Of a stretch of DNA of 64,000 nt, positions 11,728 to 25,604 are shown piece after piece. Source of the DNA: the human T2T-CHM13v2.0 reference genome, Homo sapiens; NCBI RefSeq assembly GCF_009914755.1, contig NC_060927.1; one strand, written 5' to 3'. A model generated the notes under the pieces. That model saw only the letters and a list, made by a program, of their open reading frames with translations. It was not told where the DNA came from and did no database searches. Both the position numbers and the translations under genes were made by a program. The stretch's first letter is position 1; the number at the start of each line of letters is the position of its first letter.

Positions 11728-12703
11728 CATTTTGCTTAAGTAATGACATGAAAATCCTCGTATTTCAGTGTCAAATCATAGTGTAAATGCAGAATATCAT
11801 TTTAAAATGACCTGCAAGCATCTAGACCAGTGCTCTCTGTAGTCTAGAATTACTGCCACTGCCTTGTGGGTCTGCTCACTGAGAGAGGAGCAGGTGTTAT
11901 GTAGGCAGTGTGAGGTCCTAGGGGAATAAAGCAAGCATTGAGGCTCCCCAACAGAAGCATTTCTCTGATGCTTCTATTAGAAACTGCTGAAGCTGTAAGA
12001 GAGATTTTCATCAATTTTCTTTGAGGAACAAGATAAGTGAAACAATCTTGAAAATCTGTTCCTGAAAAGAGATTGGTATGTGGATTGTATGTGTTTGTTT
12101 TTTTAATCATTTCTGAGGAAGGCACATGTGTATAACTGGGAGATGCTTTTTTATAGCTGTAAATTAACAGTAAACTTCAGTGCCTTTTCCTCCTTTCTCC
12201 CTTTAAATATTGGCCTGTCAGGATTCGAGTATTTGGGTTTGCCTTGTTTAGAACACGCCAGTATAATACTTAAGCAGGGAGAAATGCCATTTCCTGTCAG
12301 TCTGCTCTGAGATTTGTAGATGAGCATTTTAAACCTTTTTTTATCTCAGAAAATGTGCTACCTGTTAACTGTAGCCAAGAAAAATTCTCTCAGTATTGAC
12401 AGATCTAATTTTATAGACTTCTCTAAGAAAAACATAAATGATTATTATTGTTCTCTTTTTAAGAAAAGTCTCAAGAGACCTTATGAGTTACGTCTCACAT
12501 TTTCAGTTTTCTTTTGGGTATTCAGAGTATTTGAAAAATTCACAACTTATAGACAGCTTTCTGATAGTATTTAATTAGTATCCAATTGTATCTGATTTTC
12601 CATCAGAATAAACATTTTTTAACTAAATGAGAAATGGTGATGTTATTAAGGGGAAAATATCACCTCCACCCGTTACCCTTTATTGCTTTGACAGAACTTA
12701 GTA

Positions 12704-13012
12704 CAGTAGTTCCCCCTTAGCCATATTTTTGCTTTCTGCGGTTTTGGGTCTGAAAATACTAAATAGAAAATTGCAGAAATAAACAACTCATAAGTTTTAA
12801 ATTATGCACCACAATGAGTAGCATGATGAAATCTCGTGCCATCCCACTTCATTCCACCCACTGCATAAATCATACCTTTGTCTATCATATTTCACTGTAC
12901 AATATGCATGTATAGGAACAAACGTAGCATATGTAAGGTTCAGTACCATCAGCGGTTTCAGGCATCTACTGGGGGACTTGGAGTATATCCCCCCTCCAGT
13001 AAAGGGGTGCTT
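12704..13012. mobile_element. MER44A-like (Tigger7) DNA transposon
   Basis: ta|cagtagttcccccttag...ggttcagtaccatcagcggtttcaggcatctactggggg...aaggggtg. Confidence 0.8.
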
Positions 13013-13611
13013 CCATAATTGCCATTTCCTGTTGACCATTCAGTTGGTCATCTGACCCTCTTATCTCTGCTTCTCAACTCTTGTATATTCCTCCAAAACA
13101 GTTGTAGTTAAAAACATTTTTAGGACACCCCTTAGCTAGCAGCCTAACACATTTACTGCTTATAAGCTGGTACTAAAATTGCTCTCCTCTTCCCAATACA
13201 CCTTCTTCCATTTTCCATCTACCAGGCACAGCAGTTGTCCTACAGCCTCTTCCATCTGTCTAGGTTGCATGTTAGTTTAATAAGTCTCACCTAATGAAAG
13301 CCAGAAGCCAGCCTAGGATCCAGCAGGCATGTTGCCATTGCTGTGGGACCCTAGAGACAGTCAGCACCAGCCCAGAGATTGCCCAACTTTACGGGTGGCA
13401 TTTCTGAAGTCATTGATGATTTAAGTTAAAGCATGTTGCCTCTGTGCCATTGCATTCATTGAAAACTGGCTTTACTTTGCTCATTGAATATTTTGTCTTC
13501 ATTCTAGTCCACTCTCCAGAATGTTTTCCTAGTATTAATGCTTTTTGTTTGTGTATGTTTTAATCAAACAGTAGTCAGTACATTTTTTTAAAGAAACTAA
13601 TTTTACAAAAC

Positions 13612-13722
13612 TACCAATATATCATATGGTAATTTAATAAGCTTGATTATTAATAATAAGCTTATTAATTTAATAAGATTGATATTGATACCAATATATC
13701 ATATGGTAATTTAATAAGCTTG
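13612..13722. repeat. 34-bp direct repeat with scrambled spacer
   Basis: taccaatatatcatatggtaatttaataagcttg at 13612-13645 and 13689-13722. Confidence 0.93.
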
Positions 13723-14096
13723 CCATATATACATGTATATGAGTCTGTAAAATGAGAATTATATGAATAGAGTATGCTTTGTACTGAACTTTATGAAAAA
13801 CTCCCATGCCAGTGGAGAAAATGCCAAATTCCCCACTTCAGAAATATTCTAATATTATAAATGATGTTTCTACTTTTCTAAGGTAATAACATAACCTGTC
13901 ATACGAGTTTACTAAGAAAACTGTGTTGGTAAATCTCAAGCATTTCAGAAAAGGTGTTTTTTTCCTTGCACAGAATTTACTTACCTAATTTCCAGAGACC
14001 CTGTTTTCAAATAGAATATCCTAAAATATATTTCATGTCACTTTCTGTGTCATATTTGGTCATGTGCTGATTGATTCCCCTCTCCCCTTTTAATAG

Positions 14097-14245
14097 CTCC
14101 GCAAAGCTGGATGAAGAATTTGAAAAAAAATTCAACAGCCTCCCTCAATATAGTCCTGTTACATTTGACCGGAAATGTGTACCTGTCCCAAGAAAAAAGA
14201 AGAAGACTGGAAATGTGTCCTCAGAACCGACTAAAACCAGCAAAG
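14097..14245 (+). CDS. BBX: BBX coding exon (149 nt; SAKLDEEFEKKFNSLPQYSP...KTSK)
   Basis: Polypyrimidine tract plus taatag|C; donor AAG|gttagg. Phase 2 to 1, frame open. Confidence 0.96.
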
Positions 14246-14716
14246 GTTAGGTGTGACCTGTACCTTCCTGCCATGTGGTCAGAATCTCAAGTGACCCTTC
14301 AGCCAAGCTTTTAGCTCCCTTTAGACATATCATTGGATTTGGAATTGAGGCAGTAGGGAGTTAGAATCTTAGGTTGCTTTCCAAGATTATCTTTGTCCCT
14401 TTTTTTCTTCCTTATTTTCTGTAGCCTCTGTCCATTGGCATCTCAGTCTGTATATTTGCCCGTGATGGTGTAGCTAAGCTTTTGCAAAGATGTTACACAT
14501 GGTCTTCAACCTCCTGCTCTCCAGAATTCTAATTTGGAATGTTAACCTTTTCTTGAACAGAAACTGCAGGTTGAGTCCAGTTCTTCTGTTCCCTGTGTCC
14601 GCAACAGGTTGAACTCGGGGACTGTAAATCATTCTTTTCACCTGATAAGCAGATGCTAACTACTCTTTACTGGCATTATAGACCAAAGGAAAATAAAACT
14701 ACCTGAAATCCTCCAG

Positions 14717-14720
<4 letters not shown>

Positions 14721-14765
<45 letters not shown>
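14721..14765. repeat. (AT)18 followed by a short (AC)n
   Basis: Directly visible. Confidence 0.97.
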
Positions 14766-14909
14766 TATACATTGGTTTTGTTAAATTTAAAAAATGCTTT
14801 GTTTAGTATATTCATTTTCAAGTAATCAGCTTCTCTACTGCCTATATCAGGGAAGCTTTTTTAAAGTTATCAGCATGACTTGGATGGATCTCAGCATTCA
14901 TCAGTGACA

Positions 14910-15083
14910 ATGCTGCAGTCCTAAAGGGGATTGTAAGAGGGTGGGGGCATTTTCAGTGCTCTCATCACCTGAGACCACTGTTGACATTTGTGGGACAGGC
15001 ACTGGAGTACTAAACATCTTGCCCTTCAAGCACAGTGAAGGACTGTACTACCCAAAATGGCAATATTGCTTTCATTGAGAAAC
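14910..15083 (+). mobile_element. MER20-like hAT-Charlie element
   Basis: taaacatcttg...cccaaaatggcaatattgc...ttgagaaac resembles the MER20 3' half. Confidence 0.55.
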
Positions 15084-18000
15084 TTACCTTCTGATTTTTC
15101 TTAAGGTCTAAAGATTGATAGGGAAAATGTACCTCTAGTTTTCCATACATATATGAAATACTTCATTCAGTTGGCTCTCCTATAAGGACATGGAATAGAG
15201 AGATGAAGAACTTGGGTGGCTGGGCTGTAGTTGCTTTCAAGATCAGACTCTAGCAGGATTTGCTGGAAGAGTTATTTTAATTATCCTGTAAAAGTTGCTG
15301 CCTATTGCCTGCTTCATCAAATTGGATAATTTAATCAAATCAGATTAATTCCACTCTTTTGTATTTTAAATAGACCAATTAATCGATCAGATATAAATAT
15401 TAACAAAGAGATATAATTTCATGCATTTTAGGGAATATTTAAGATATATAGATGAGGGAAAATTATGGTTTATTCTCTGGAGAAACCTGAACCTTTCTCC
15501 TTCAAAGCCTAAAAACCCTTTGCACACTGGAATTGACACAACCAAACAGGGTCAATTTGAGATCTGTATCTCAAGACAGAACTGAAAGGTTGAAGAAAAT
15601 TTCCCCTTCATGATTAAAGCCAGGGAGGTATAGAAACGTCATTTTAGAATTAGCTCAGTTTTCCTCTGTGGTTAATAAAAACAAGTCTAGTGAATAAAGA
15701 ACTAAAAAAGAAATGTTGTTGCATCGCCAAGTTTGCTCGTCTGAGAAAATAAAATAGGGTCGTATCAAGATCTTCCAAGATAGAAATAAAGTAGGCTTGT
15801 TGACAGGTAGGGAGCTGAGCACCATAATGGATTGCCAAATGAAATGATAGTCTCTGTGCCCTGGAGATATTTAGGAATAGGAAAAGTAGTCCATGAGCCC
15901 AAAGATACCAAGTATCTTGAGCTCCCATAATTCTTGGATTTAAAGTTGCTGATAAATACCTGACAAGCCAATAAAATGGAACTTAATTGATAGATGTGCA
16001 GGACATTATTCCTTCTTCCACTCCCAAAACATTCACGTTAGAGCTTTGAAGTTGGCTGAATTATGTCTCAGGGAATGTAACAATAGATTTATTTTTGTAA
16101 AGCTATAAAACCCTGAAGTTAGGATCTATTTTCATGAGACCTTCTCTTGGGTCTTAGTTGTCTGTACGATTTTTCTCTCCCAGCTGAGATTAACAGTATT
16201 TCTTTTGATGTGAAATAGCTTTTTGGAGCTTTGGATTATACTTCATACAATATCATCTTAACTCTTCCATTATACCTCTCAAGCCACAAAGTCACTGGTT
16301 CTTATATAGTATATCAGTAATTACATATGTGGGAAGTCTTCCAAGATGAGATTTTGTTCTGCCTTCAGATTTGTGAAGCAAAATGCAATTAAAATAAGCA
16401 GAAATTAAATAATATATTATCTATTCAGCAAACTAAAGAAATAGTATTTGTGACTGATTGTAATTTGGCATTAGCAGCACCAATATACTAGACTACAAGT
16501 TATTATTAATGAAATTATCATACCAGCTGTGCTGTAATTGCCTGATCTTTAGGGGACAGAGGAGATTATTTTCTTAGACTCTAGACCCTTTCCACCTTTG
16601 CATAATGAATCATTCAGAGCAAACATTGTGTATGAGATCATTAGTTCATTAATAAAAGAGTATATGTCCATCAGAAACCTAATTTTTCCTCTAATAATTT
16701 GCCATTTGTCTATATTTTATTTTTTCATTTGTCATCATTCAATATTCATTATATTTTCCTTCATGACTTATACTAGGTGCCTTTTTAGGTACTTCAGCTT
16801 ACATAAAATGTATAGAATTTTTCTAAAGTGTAATTTCTAAAATAAATTTGTATGTATGCATTTATATAGTTGTATATCTCAAAGTCATAGTACCTGCTTG
16901 GATTTATTCCTCTGTTTTCCCAGTAGTCTCCATATTCGTATCTGTATTTCTAAGGAGTCTCTTCCTGTCTTTCCCATGGTCATCCTACTATCTCTGCCCT
17001 TCCTCTTATGTCTGTGTCATAGGTCTTGTCAAAAACTTGACAATGAAAAGGGATGAAAATAACTTTAAAGGCCACTTTCCTCCAACTTGGGCTATGTTAT
17101 AGAACAGAGCATGATGACAGGAATAGGATTTCCCTTTCCTTCTAAAAATGAATTATCCAGTAAATTCTAATCTAACTCACAATGCAATTCAGCTGAATCA
17201 GCCCAAACTTAATGTTTTCTGAGTCATCTCTCTGTTATTTTGAAATATTTTTAAAGGAAAGCTTTAAATTATATGTCTAAATTTAATTGTAACTTCCTAA
17301 GAGATTTGTTTTACACATGTTTTTACATGTACTGATAATGTATGAAGCATTGTTTACGAAAGTATTAGAAGTCAGTTCTCTGTAGAATAGTAATTTTTCA
17401 GTGGAAGTAGGATCATGGAGAAAAAAAATTGTGTTGAAATTATGCCTCATCTTGACTTATTAGACTCACTTCTTCACCTTATTCCTTCTATCTTTACATA
17501 GTTCCTTGGCCTATTATCAAACATACTGTTGATCCTTCTTATATTTTTTCAATCCACACTTACATTTTAAGACTAAAATCAAAAATGGTTAAGGCATTGA
17601 GTCTTTCAAAAAATCACAGTGGGAATAAAAGAAGCAGGTTTACAAGATTGAAAAGACAGAATCCTCTGTTTGAGGTGGGGCCAAGCCAATAGTACTTTCA
17701 GTCTTACAGAGCCGAGATGTGATGATAGATCTCCTATTAGGAAATTTTAGCTTCCAGATTGGGCAGAGTTCTGTATCTTTCTCCATAACTGTTTGAAAGT
17801 CTCCGCTGCCACCAGATTTCTACAGGAATATGGTGGCAGCACCTTTGCAGGTATAAAACGTATACCTGATACAATTTTGAGTTCCTTAACAATGCATGCA
17901 TGTCCAGCCCAATGAAGTGGCTCCTCCCTCTGAATGAATCTTAACTTGATTGTGACTGATTGACTCAGAGAACTTATTCAAGTCAGTAAATGCACATGCC

Positions 18001-19769
18001 CTGCAGGTGGGAGCACATTGCTATAAATTATTGCATAGGAATATATTTTTTCATTGGGTACTCATTACTTACAAGTCCAATACAGAAATGGTAGCCTAGT
18101 CTTAGAAGAAAACCCTTGCTCTTTATATATATACACATATATATAGTTTAAAAACATGAAACTATAGAACCTGGGCAAAAGCCACCACCACCAGAGTTAC
18201 GCCTGACATTTGTTTCTCACAACAGGTGTAAAGAGCAGGTTCACTTAATTCACCTTACTCACTGACCTTGAGAAAGTATCGTGCTAGGCTCATGCTGAAG
18301 TGGCTCCTGTGTCACTGCAACTTCTCACCCCCAAAACATTCATTTTTCAGCAAACCTTGAACAAGAATGTTCTGGAAAGGTTATTGTCAGTGTCCTTCTG
18401 GCACCCCTCCTAATCTCTCGGCTTGTCATTTGGCCCTTTTGTTTTCTGCCCAGCTGTGAAGTTGAGGTGCAAAGGAGATTGATACCTTCAGAATACGGGT
18501 CATCTGCCCAAAAACTTAAGTGGAGACCTAAGCCAGTTTGCATACCAGCAATGAGTGATTTTTTTTTCATAAGGAAGCTGAAGCTGATGCAGATATTCCC
18601 TCAAGAAATTTGGTAGGGAAAGAGATGGGACGGAAGCTTGAGATATCATAGTAGAGTGAAGAACAGTTGTGAATATTTGTTTTCTGAATGATTCCTTCTA
18701 AAAGCCCTTCTGCATTTTACTTTCTACCATTCTTCCTCCTCCATGGATACTTCTACATTAATATAATAATTGACTAAGGAAAAGATGTAATAGTAAATTT
18801 CCTTATATTTGCTATTTATTACAGATTTTGACTTTATTTTCTGTAGACAAAATACCCAACATATACACTATGCTGATTGGCAGAAATCAAATTTTTCACT
18901 TCTTGACTCTAAAATGGCTGCTTCTCAGTGACTACAATTAAATCTTATCTATTTGTTTTCGAGTTTGTCACTTTCTTTTTTCATCTGAAGTTGTCATTTA
19001 CTTAGAGTAGTTTTATATCTATAATTTGGGGGGTGGCCAGAAGAAAGGAATTTTAAAAATGTAAGTTTATATAAGCTCTTCTGTGTACAAAACTACTATG
19101 ATTGTTATTTTTTCATGTTAAAATTGACAAGCTCTATCTTTAGCTTAGTCTTTAAATTACTTTTTAGATTTCTCTGATTATGATTGGGTCCAAAAATATG
19201 TATTTCTTTTCTTCTTTCCTAACACACTGCATACGTCAAATCATTTTGCTTCTGTGAACTACTTCTTTATATCATTCTTCCTATGAGCCAATACCCTATT
19301 ATTAAGTTATTTTCCTACAGGTAAATCACTAGGATCTTTATAATCCTGAGTAGTAATTTTTCTCCTTTCTCCTACGTTGGTTTTCCATGATTGCCTATGT
19401 ATCATTCAGGTCCACCAGCCTAGTTTCTTGGGTTGTATAAAACACATGAGGCAGTGATTGCAAATAGATTTTAGATACCTGTAATATTAGTGTAGTATGT
19501 ACATGTGATATATTTTCTTTGTACTTGTTAAATTTATTTTCTTTTCTCTTGTTGCTCACTTTTTCCCAAAGAGGCAAACAAGGAAGCATTTCTAGTTTCA
19601 TTTCAAACCACCGCTAGTCAATTTAGAAGCATTTGCTATTGGTTATTTAGAAGGATTGCTTAGTGTAGTCATCAAAAAACACTTGCACAGATTTATGGTA
19701 TCAGTAATAACAGCAACAGCTGTAATTTCTTGAGCTCTTACTTTGTGATAAGCAGTGCATTAAGAGCTT

Positions 19770-19970
19770 TATTTGTTCATGGAATAAATATTGAGAACCT
19801 GTCATGTGCTAAGCACCATTGTAGGCACTTAGATTATATCTGTGAATGAAAACAACCCTACTGCCATCAAGATTACATTATAATGGGGGAACCAGACAAT
19901 AAATAAGCCTAAGCAATAAGCAAAATATATAATTTGTTTGAAGATGAGACGTACAGTGGAAAAAGAATTG
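19770..19970. mobile_element. L2 fragment, interrupted by the L1 and resuming at ~23440-24850
   Basis: L2 3'-end motif ttcatggaataaatattgagaacctgtcatgtgctaagcacc. Purine-rich L2-like sequence resumes after the L1. Confidence 0.6.
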
Positions 19971-19974
19971 GTGG

Positions 19975-22900
19975 ATAGAGCAACTAGGCAAAAGATCAAC
20001 AAGAAAAGGCTGGAACCAACACTACAAACCAACTAGAACTAACAAACATATAGAACTCTCCACTCAGTAATGGCAGAATGTATATTCTTCACAAGCATAC
20101 ATGGAACAATCTCCACAGTAGACCATATGTTAATCCATAAAACCAACCAATAAATATAAAAGGATTGAAATAATACAGAGTGTGTTCTCTGACCATAGTA
20201 CAATGAAATTTAAAAATCAGTAGTAGAAAAAAATTGGAGAAACTCACGAATATATAGAAATTAAATACACTTCTACATAACTGTCACATCAAAAAAGAAA
20301 TCAAAGAGAAATCAGAAAGTACTTTGAAATGAATAAAAATGAAGACACAGTATAAGAGAATTTAAGAGATGCATCTAAAGCAAACTTAGAGGGAGAAGGG
20401 GAGAATTATAGCTCTAAATGCCTATATTAAGAAAGAAATCTCAAATAAGTAGCCTAGCCTTCTACTGTAAGACACTCAAAAAAGAAGAGTAAACCAAACT
20501 CAAAGGAAGCAGAAGAAAGGAAATAATAAAGATTAGAGAAGAAGTTGATGAAATGAAATTAATTAAATAATACTAAAACAGTAGAGAAAAATCAATGAAA
20601 CCAAAAACTAGTCCTTTGAAAATAACAAAATTGAGAAATTTTAGCTAGATTGACCAAGAAGAAAAAGAGAAGACTCAAATTATTAGAATCAGAGATGAAA
20701 TAGAAGACATTACTACTGGCTACAGAAATGAAAAGGATTATAAAACAATACTATAAACAACTAAAGCCAATAGATGAGATAACATGTATGAAATGAACAA
20801 TTCCTAAAAAGACACAAACTACTGAAACTGGCTTAAGAAATAGATAATCTTGATAGATGCATAACTAATAAAGACATTGAACTAGTAATTTTTAAAGTAT
20901 CTGGGGGAAAAAAAAAAAAAAGCCCAGGCCCAGATGGCATCACCACTGTATTCTACCAAACATTTAAAAAAGAATTTACACCAATTTTTCACAAATGAAT
21001 CCAGAAATTACAAGAAAAGTAAATACTTCCCAATTCATTCTGTGAGACCTGTATTACTTTAATGTCAAAGACATTCAAGACATTCTCAAGACAAAGACAT
21101 CACAAGAAATGAAAACTGCAGATCAATATCTCTTACAAATGTGAACACAGAAATCCTCAACAAAACACTGGCATACCAAATTCAGCAACATATGAGAATT
21201 ATACATCATGACTAAATGGGATTTTACCTCATGACTGCAAGTTTGCTTTAATATTCAAAAACCAATTAGTGTAACATACCCTACTAATAGAATACAAAAC
21301 AAAAACCACTTGATCATCCCAATAGATCTAGGAAAAGCATTTGATAAAAGTCAATGCCCTTTAAAAAAAAAATTACTCAACAAACTAGAGTTAAAAGGGA
21401 AATTCCTCAGCCTGATAAAAGGCATCTACAAAAAATACACAGCTAACATGATACTTAATGGTAAAATACTGGATGCTTTCCCCCTAGGCAAAGGGGCAAT
21501 ACAAGAATATCCACTCTCACCACTTATTCAACATTGGACTAGAGGTTCTAGCCAGGGCAATTAGGTAAGAAACAGAAACAAAAGGTGTCTAGATTAGAAA
21601 GGAAGAGGTAAAATTATATTTATTCTCAGATAACATGACCTTGTATATAGAAAATCCTAAGGAATCCACCAAAAAACTATTACAGCTAATAAATGAGTTT
21701 AGTAGAGCTGCAGGTTATAAGGTCATTAGATAAAACTTAATTATATTTTGATACACTTAAACAATGAACAATCTAAAAATGAGATTAGGAACACAATTCC
21801 ATTTACAATAGCATCAAAAAGAGTAAAGTACTTAGAAATAAGTTTAACAAAAGAAGTACAGTACAATGAAAACAAATCATTGCTGAAACAAATATGATAG
21901 AAATTAATAGAAAAACATCCCATGTTCATGGATTGGAGGACTTCTTATTGTTAAGATGGAAACACTCTCCCAAATTGATCTACAGATTCAACCCAACCCC
22001 TCTTAGAATCCCAGCTGACTTCTTTGTAGAAATTGACAAATGAGTCTAAAATTAATGTAGAATTGCAAGATATTCAGAAAAAACAAAACAATCTTAGAAG
22101 AAAATAGTAGTTGATTTTAAAACTAATTACAAAACAATGGTAATCAAGAGAGTGTTGTACTAGAATAAAGACAGACATATAAATCAGTGGAATAGAATTG
22201 GTAGAGAACCTGTCATAAACCTGACATTTTTGGTCAACTAATTTTCAACAAGGGTGCCAAGAATATCCAATGAGAACAGTAGAGTCTTTCCAAAAAATGA
22301 TTCTGGATCAACTGAGTATCTACATTCAAATGAAGTTGGACACTTACCTCATACAATGTACAAAATTTAACTTAGAATAGATCAAAAACTTAAATGTTAA
22401 AGCTAAAACAATAAAACTTTCAAAGCAAATGGGCAAATCTTTATAACCTCAGATTTGGCAGTGAATCCTTAAATATGATACCAAAAGCCCAAGCAACAAA
22501 AGACAAAATAGATAAATTGGACCATATCAAAATTTAAATCTTCTGCGCTTCAAAGAACACTGCCAAGAAAGTGAAAAGACATCCCACAGAATGGGAGAAA
22601 ATATTTGCAAATCACATATCTGATAAAAAAACTTTTATCTAGACTGTATAAGGAATGTTTACAACTTGGCAGTAAAAGACAGCTCATAAAAACGGGCAAG
22701 TGATCTGAATAGATACTTCTCCGAATAAGATATATAACAAATACGTGGCCGATAAGTACAAGAAAATCCAGTTAATATCATCAGTCATCAGGGAAATGCA
22801 TATCAAAACCACAATGGGAATAATACCATTTCACATCCTTAGGATGGCCATAATAAAAAAGACAGATAATAACAAATGTTGACAAAGATGTAGAGAAATT

Positions 22901-23395
22901 GGCCTAAGCTTTATTATTTCCTTTCTTCTGGCCAGGATGGTCTTGATCTCTTGATGTCGTGATCTACCCGCTTTGGCCCCCCAAAGTGCTGAGATTACAG
23001 ATGTGAGCCACTGCACCTGGCCCACCAACTGTTGAATGAATAAACAATCCATTAAATGGAATATTATTCAGCCCTGATACATGCCGTAGCATGGAGGAGC
23101 CTTGAAAACATTATGCTAAGTCAAAAATCACATTATATGATACTATTTATATGAAATTTCCAGAATAGGCAAACCTATAGAGACAGAAAGGAGATTAGAG
23201 GTTGCTTAGGGAGAGGGGGAATACAGGTATAGGAGTAGTAGTATTAAAAAGGTTTGGAATTTATTTTTGAGGTGATGAAATGTTCAAAAATTGGTGCCGG
23301 TTGCAAATATCTGAATATAAACACAAGTTTTATACTTTAAATGGGTGAATTGTATGGTATGTTAATTATATTTCAACAAAGCTGTTTTTAAAAAT
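19975..23395 (+). mobile_element. Old L1M (L1MB-like) ORF2 plus 3'UTR remnant, ~3.4 kb
   Basis: Degenerate RT motifs (ggcccagatggc; ORF 21310 IDLGKAFDK...PLSPL), A-rich strand and an L1M-type 3'UTR; many stops and frameshifts. Confidence 0.92.
22930..23022 (-). mobile_element. Tail-less Alu left-arm fragment inside the L1
   Basis: gccaggatggtcttgatctc...ccaaagtgctgagattacagatgtgagccactgcacctggcc. Confidence 0.92.
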
Positions 23396-23529
23396 CAGTT
23401 AAAACAATAGGTTTGTGAGGGAACGGGAGATCAAGTGATGGGCATGGGGTTGGCTTGCAGTTTTATATAGAGTGGTCTGAAGATAGTTAAGTAAAGCCTT
23501 GAAGGAGGTGAGGAAGTTAGCCGTGCGGA

Positions 23530-23583
23530 CATCTTGGAGAAGAACATTTTCTAGGCCATCTTGGAGAAGAACATTTTCTAGGC
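23530..23583. repeat. 27-bp perfect tandem duplication
   Basis: catcttggagaagaacattttctaggc twice. Confidence 0.95.
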
Positions 23584-24228
23584 AAGGTAATGGCTGGTTC
23601 AGAGATCCTAAAGTCAGGAACACTGAGACTACATGTGCAGAGGACTGCCAGGAGGCCCATGCAGCTAGAGAGACTCAAAGGAAAGGAGTGGCAGGATATG
23701 AGGTTATGGAGGTAATGGAGCTCTGGATCTCTTAAGTCCTCGTAAGATAGTATAAGATTGCTGACTTTTCATATACACCCAATATAAGAGGTCTGGCTGG
23801 GGTGATGCATTTTTGAGTCTTCAACCTATAGCTGGTATTTATTTTATTTTATTTTATTTCATTTTATTTTAAAGCCCTGACAGTAGAGGTAATCACCAGA
23901 TGAGTGAGAATAGAGACAAGGACAAGGGCCAAGCCCAGAGCTTTCCAAAATTAAGAGGTCAGGGAAAATAATAAGCAAAGGAGAGAGAGGGAAATATCAG
24001 TGATGGAGAAGAGAAAAGAAGAGAAGGTGGTATCCTAGAAGCCCAATGAAGGAGGCATTCAAGGCAGAGGGTGTGGCTCTAGTGGTCAGAAGCTACAGGA
24101 ACAGCCTGGTGCAATAAGGACCCACAATTGGCCTTCACAGCATGGGGGTACTGGATGACCCCTTGAAGAGCAGTTTTCCATGAGTGGCAGGGCAGAAACC
24201 TAGTTGTAGTGAGTTTAAGACAGAATGA

Positions 24229-24900
<672 letters not shown>

Positions 24901-25514
24901 TCACTGAAAAAAAAAAAATCTCAATTTTGTTTCTTTATCTGAGAAAACTAAGAATCTGAAACATCTCCCCCTTCCAACCAGAATAAAGTTTTTTGGCAGA
25001 TATTTTCTCTTTTTAAGTCATTTTTTCTTCTTAGATTATTCTCATAAAAGGCCAGAAAGCTATCTAATGCTGTCGGGTCAACTGCTGTCCTGAAAGTGCT
25101 ATCCTTGTTGTGAAAAGCAGTTTCATTGGAGAGATAAAACACATATTCCATCCTTTCCTTCATGGTATTTAGGAGTCTAAAGTAAAATCTTTTCTCTATT
25201 ACAGACTCTAGCCACTTTGCTGTTATTGGTTGTAGTTTGTTTCTACTCACTGTATCTGCAGTTTCTGCTTAGGGAGTCCCAGCCCTAATGGAGGCTTTGC
25301 CCAATACATTTCTAAGGAAAATCTCACTGGGTTTAAATAAGCCTAAAAAGGGGGCTAAGCACCAGTTAAGTAGGTGAAGATGCAAGATGACATTTATTGA
25401 GATTCAATTTGCTTATTCCACAGGAGGGAGGAGGGTGGAATTGTTGAGAAATACACAATATTTTTTATGAAACATTGTGAATTTAAAATATATTTATATT
25501 AATATTGTCTGTAG

Positions 25515-25604
25515 GTCCTTTCCAGTCTCAGAAAAAGAACTTATTCCACAAAATTGTCAGCAAATATAAGCACAAAAAGGAGAAGCCCAATGTTCCGGAA
25601 AAAG
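25515..25604 (+). CDS. BBX: BBX coding exon (90 nt, likely cassette; GPFQSQKK...NVPEK)
   Basis: Boundaries ctgtag|GT and AAG|gtattg; symmetric phase 1-1. A 30-aa difference matches my recollection of 941 vs 911 aa BBX isoforms. Confidence 0.92.

Noticed and set aside
13612-13722. CRISPR-like repeat-spacer-repeat geometry (34 bp/43 bp)
   Set aside because: Only two repeats, the spacer is made of repeat fragments, the context is a human intron and there are no cas genes.
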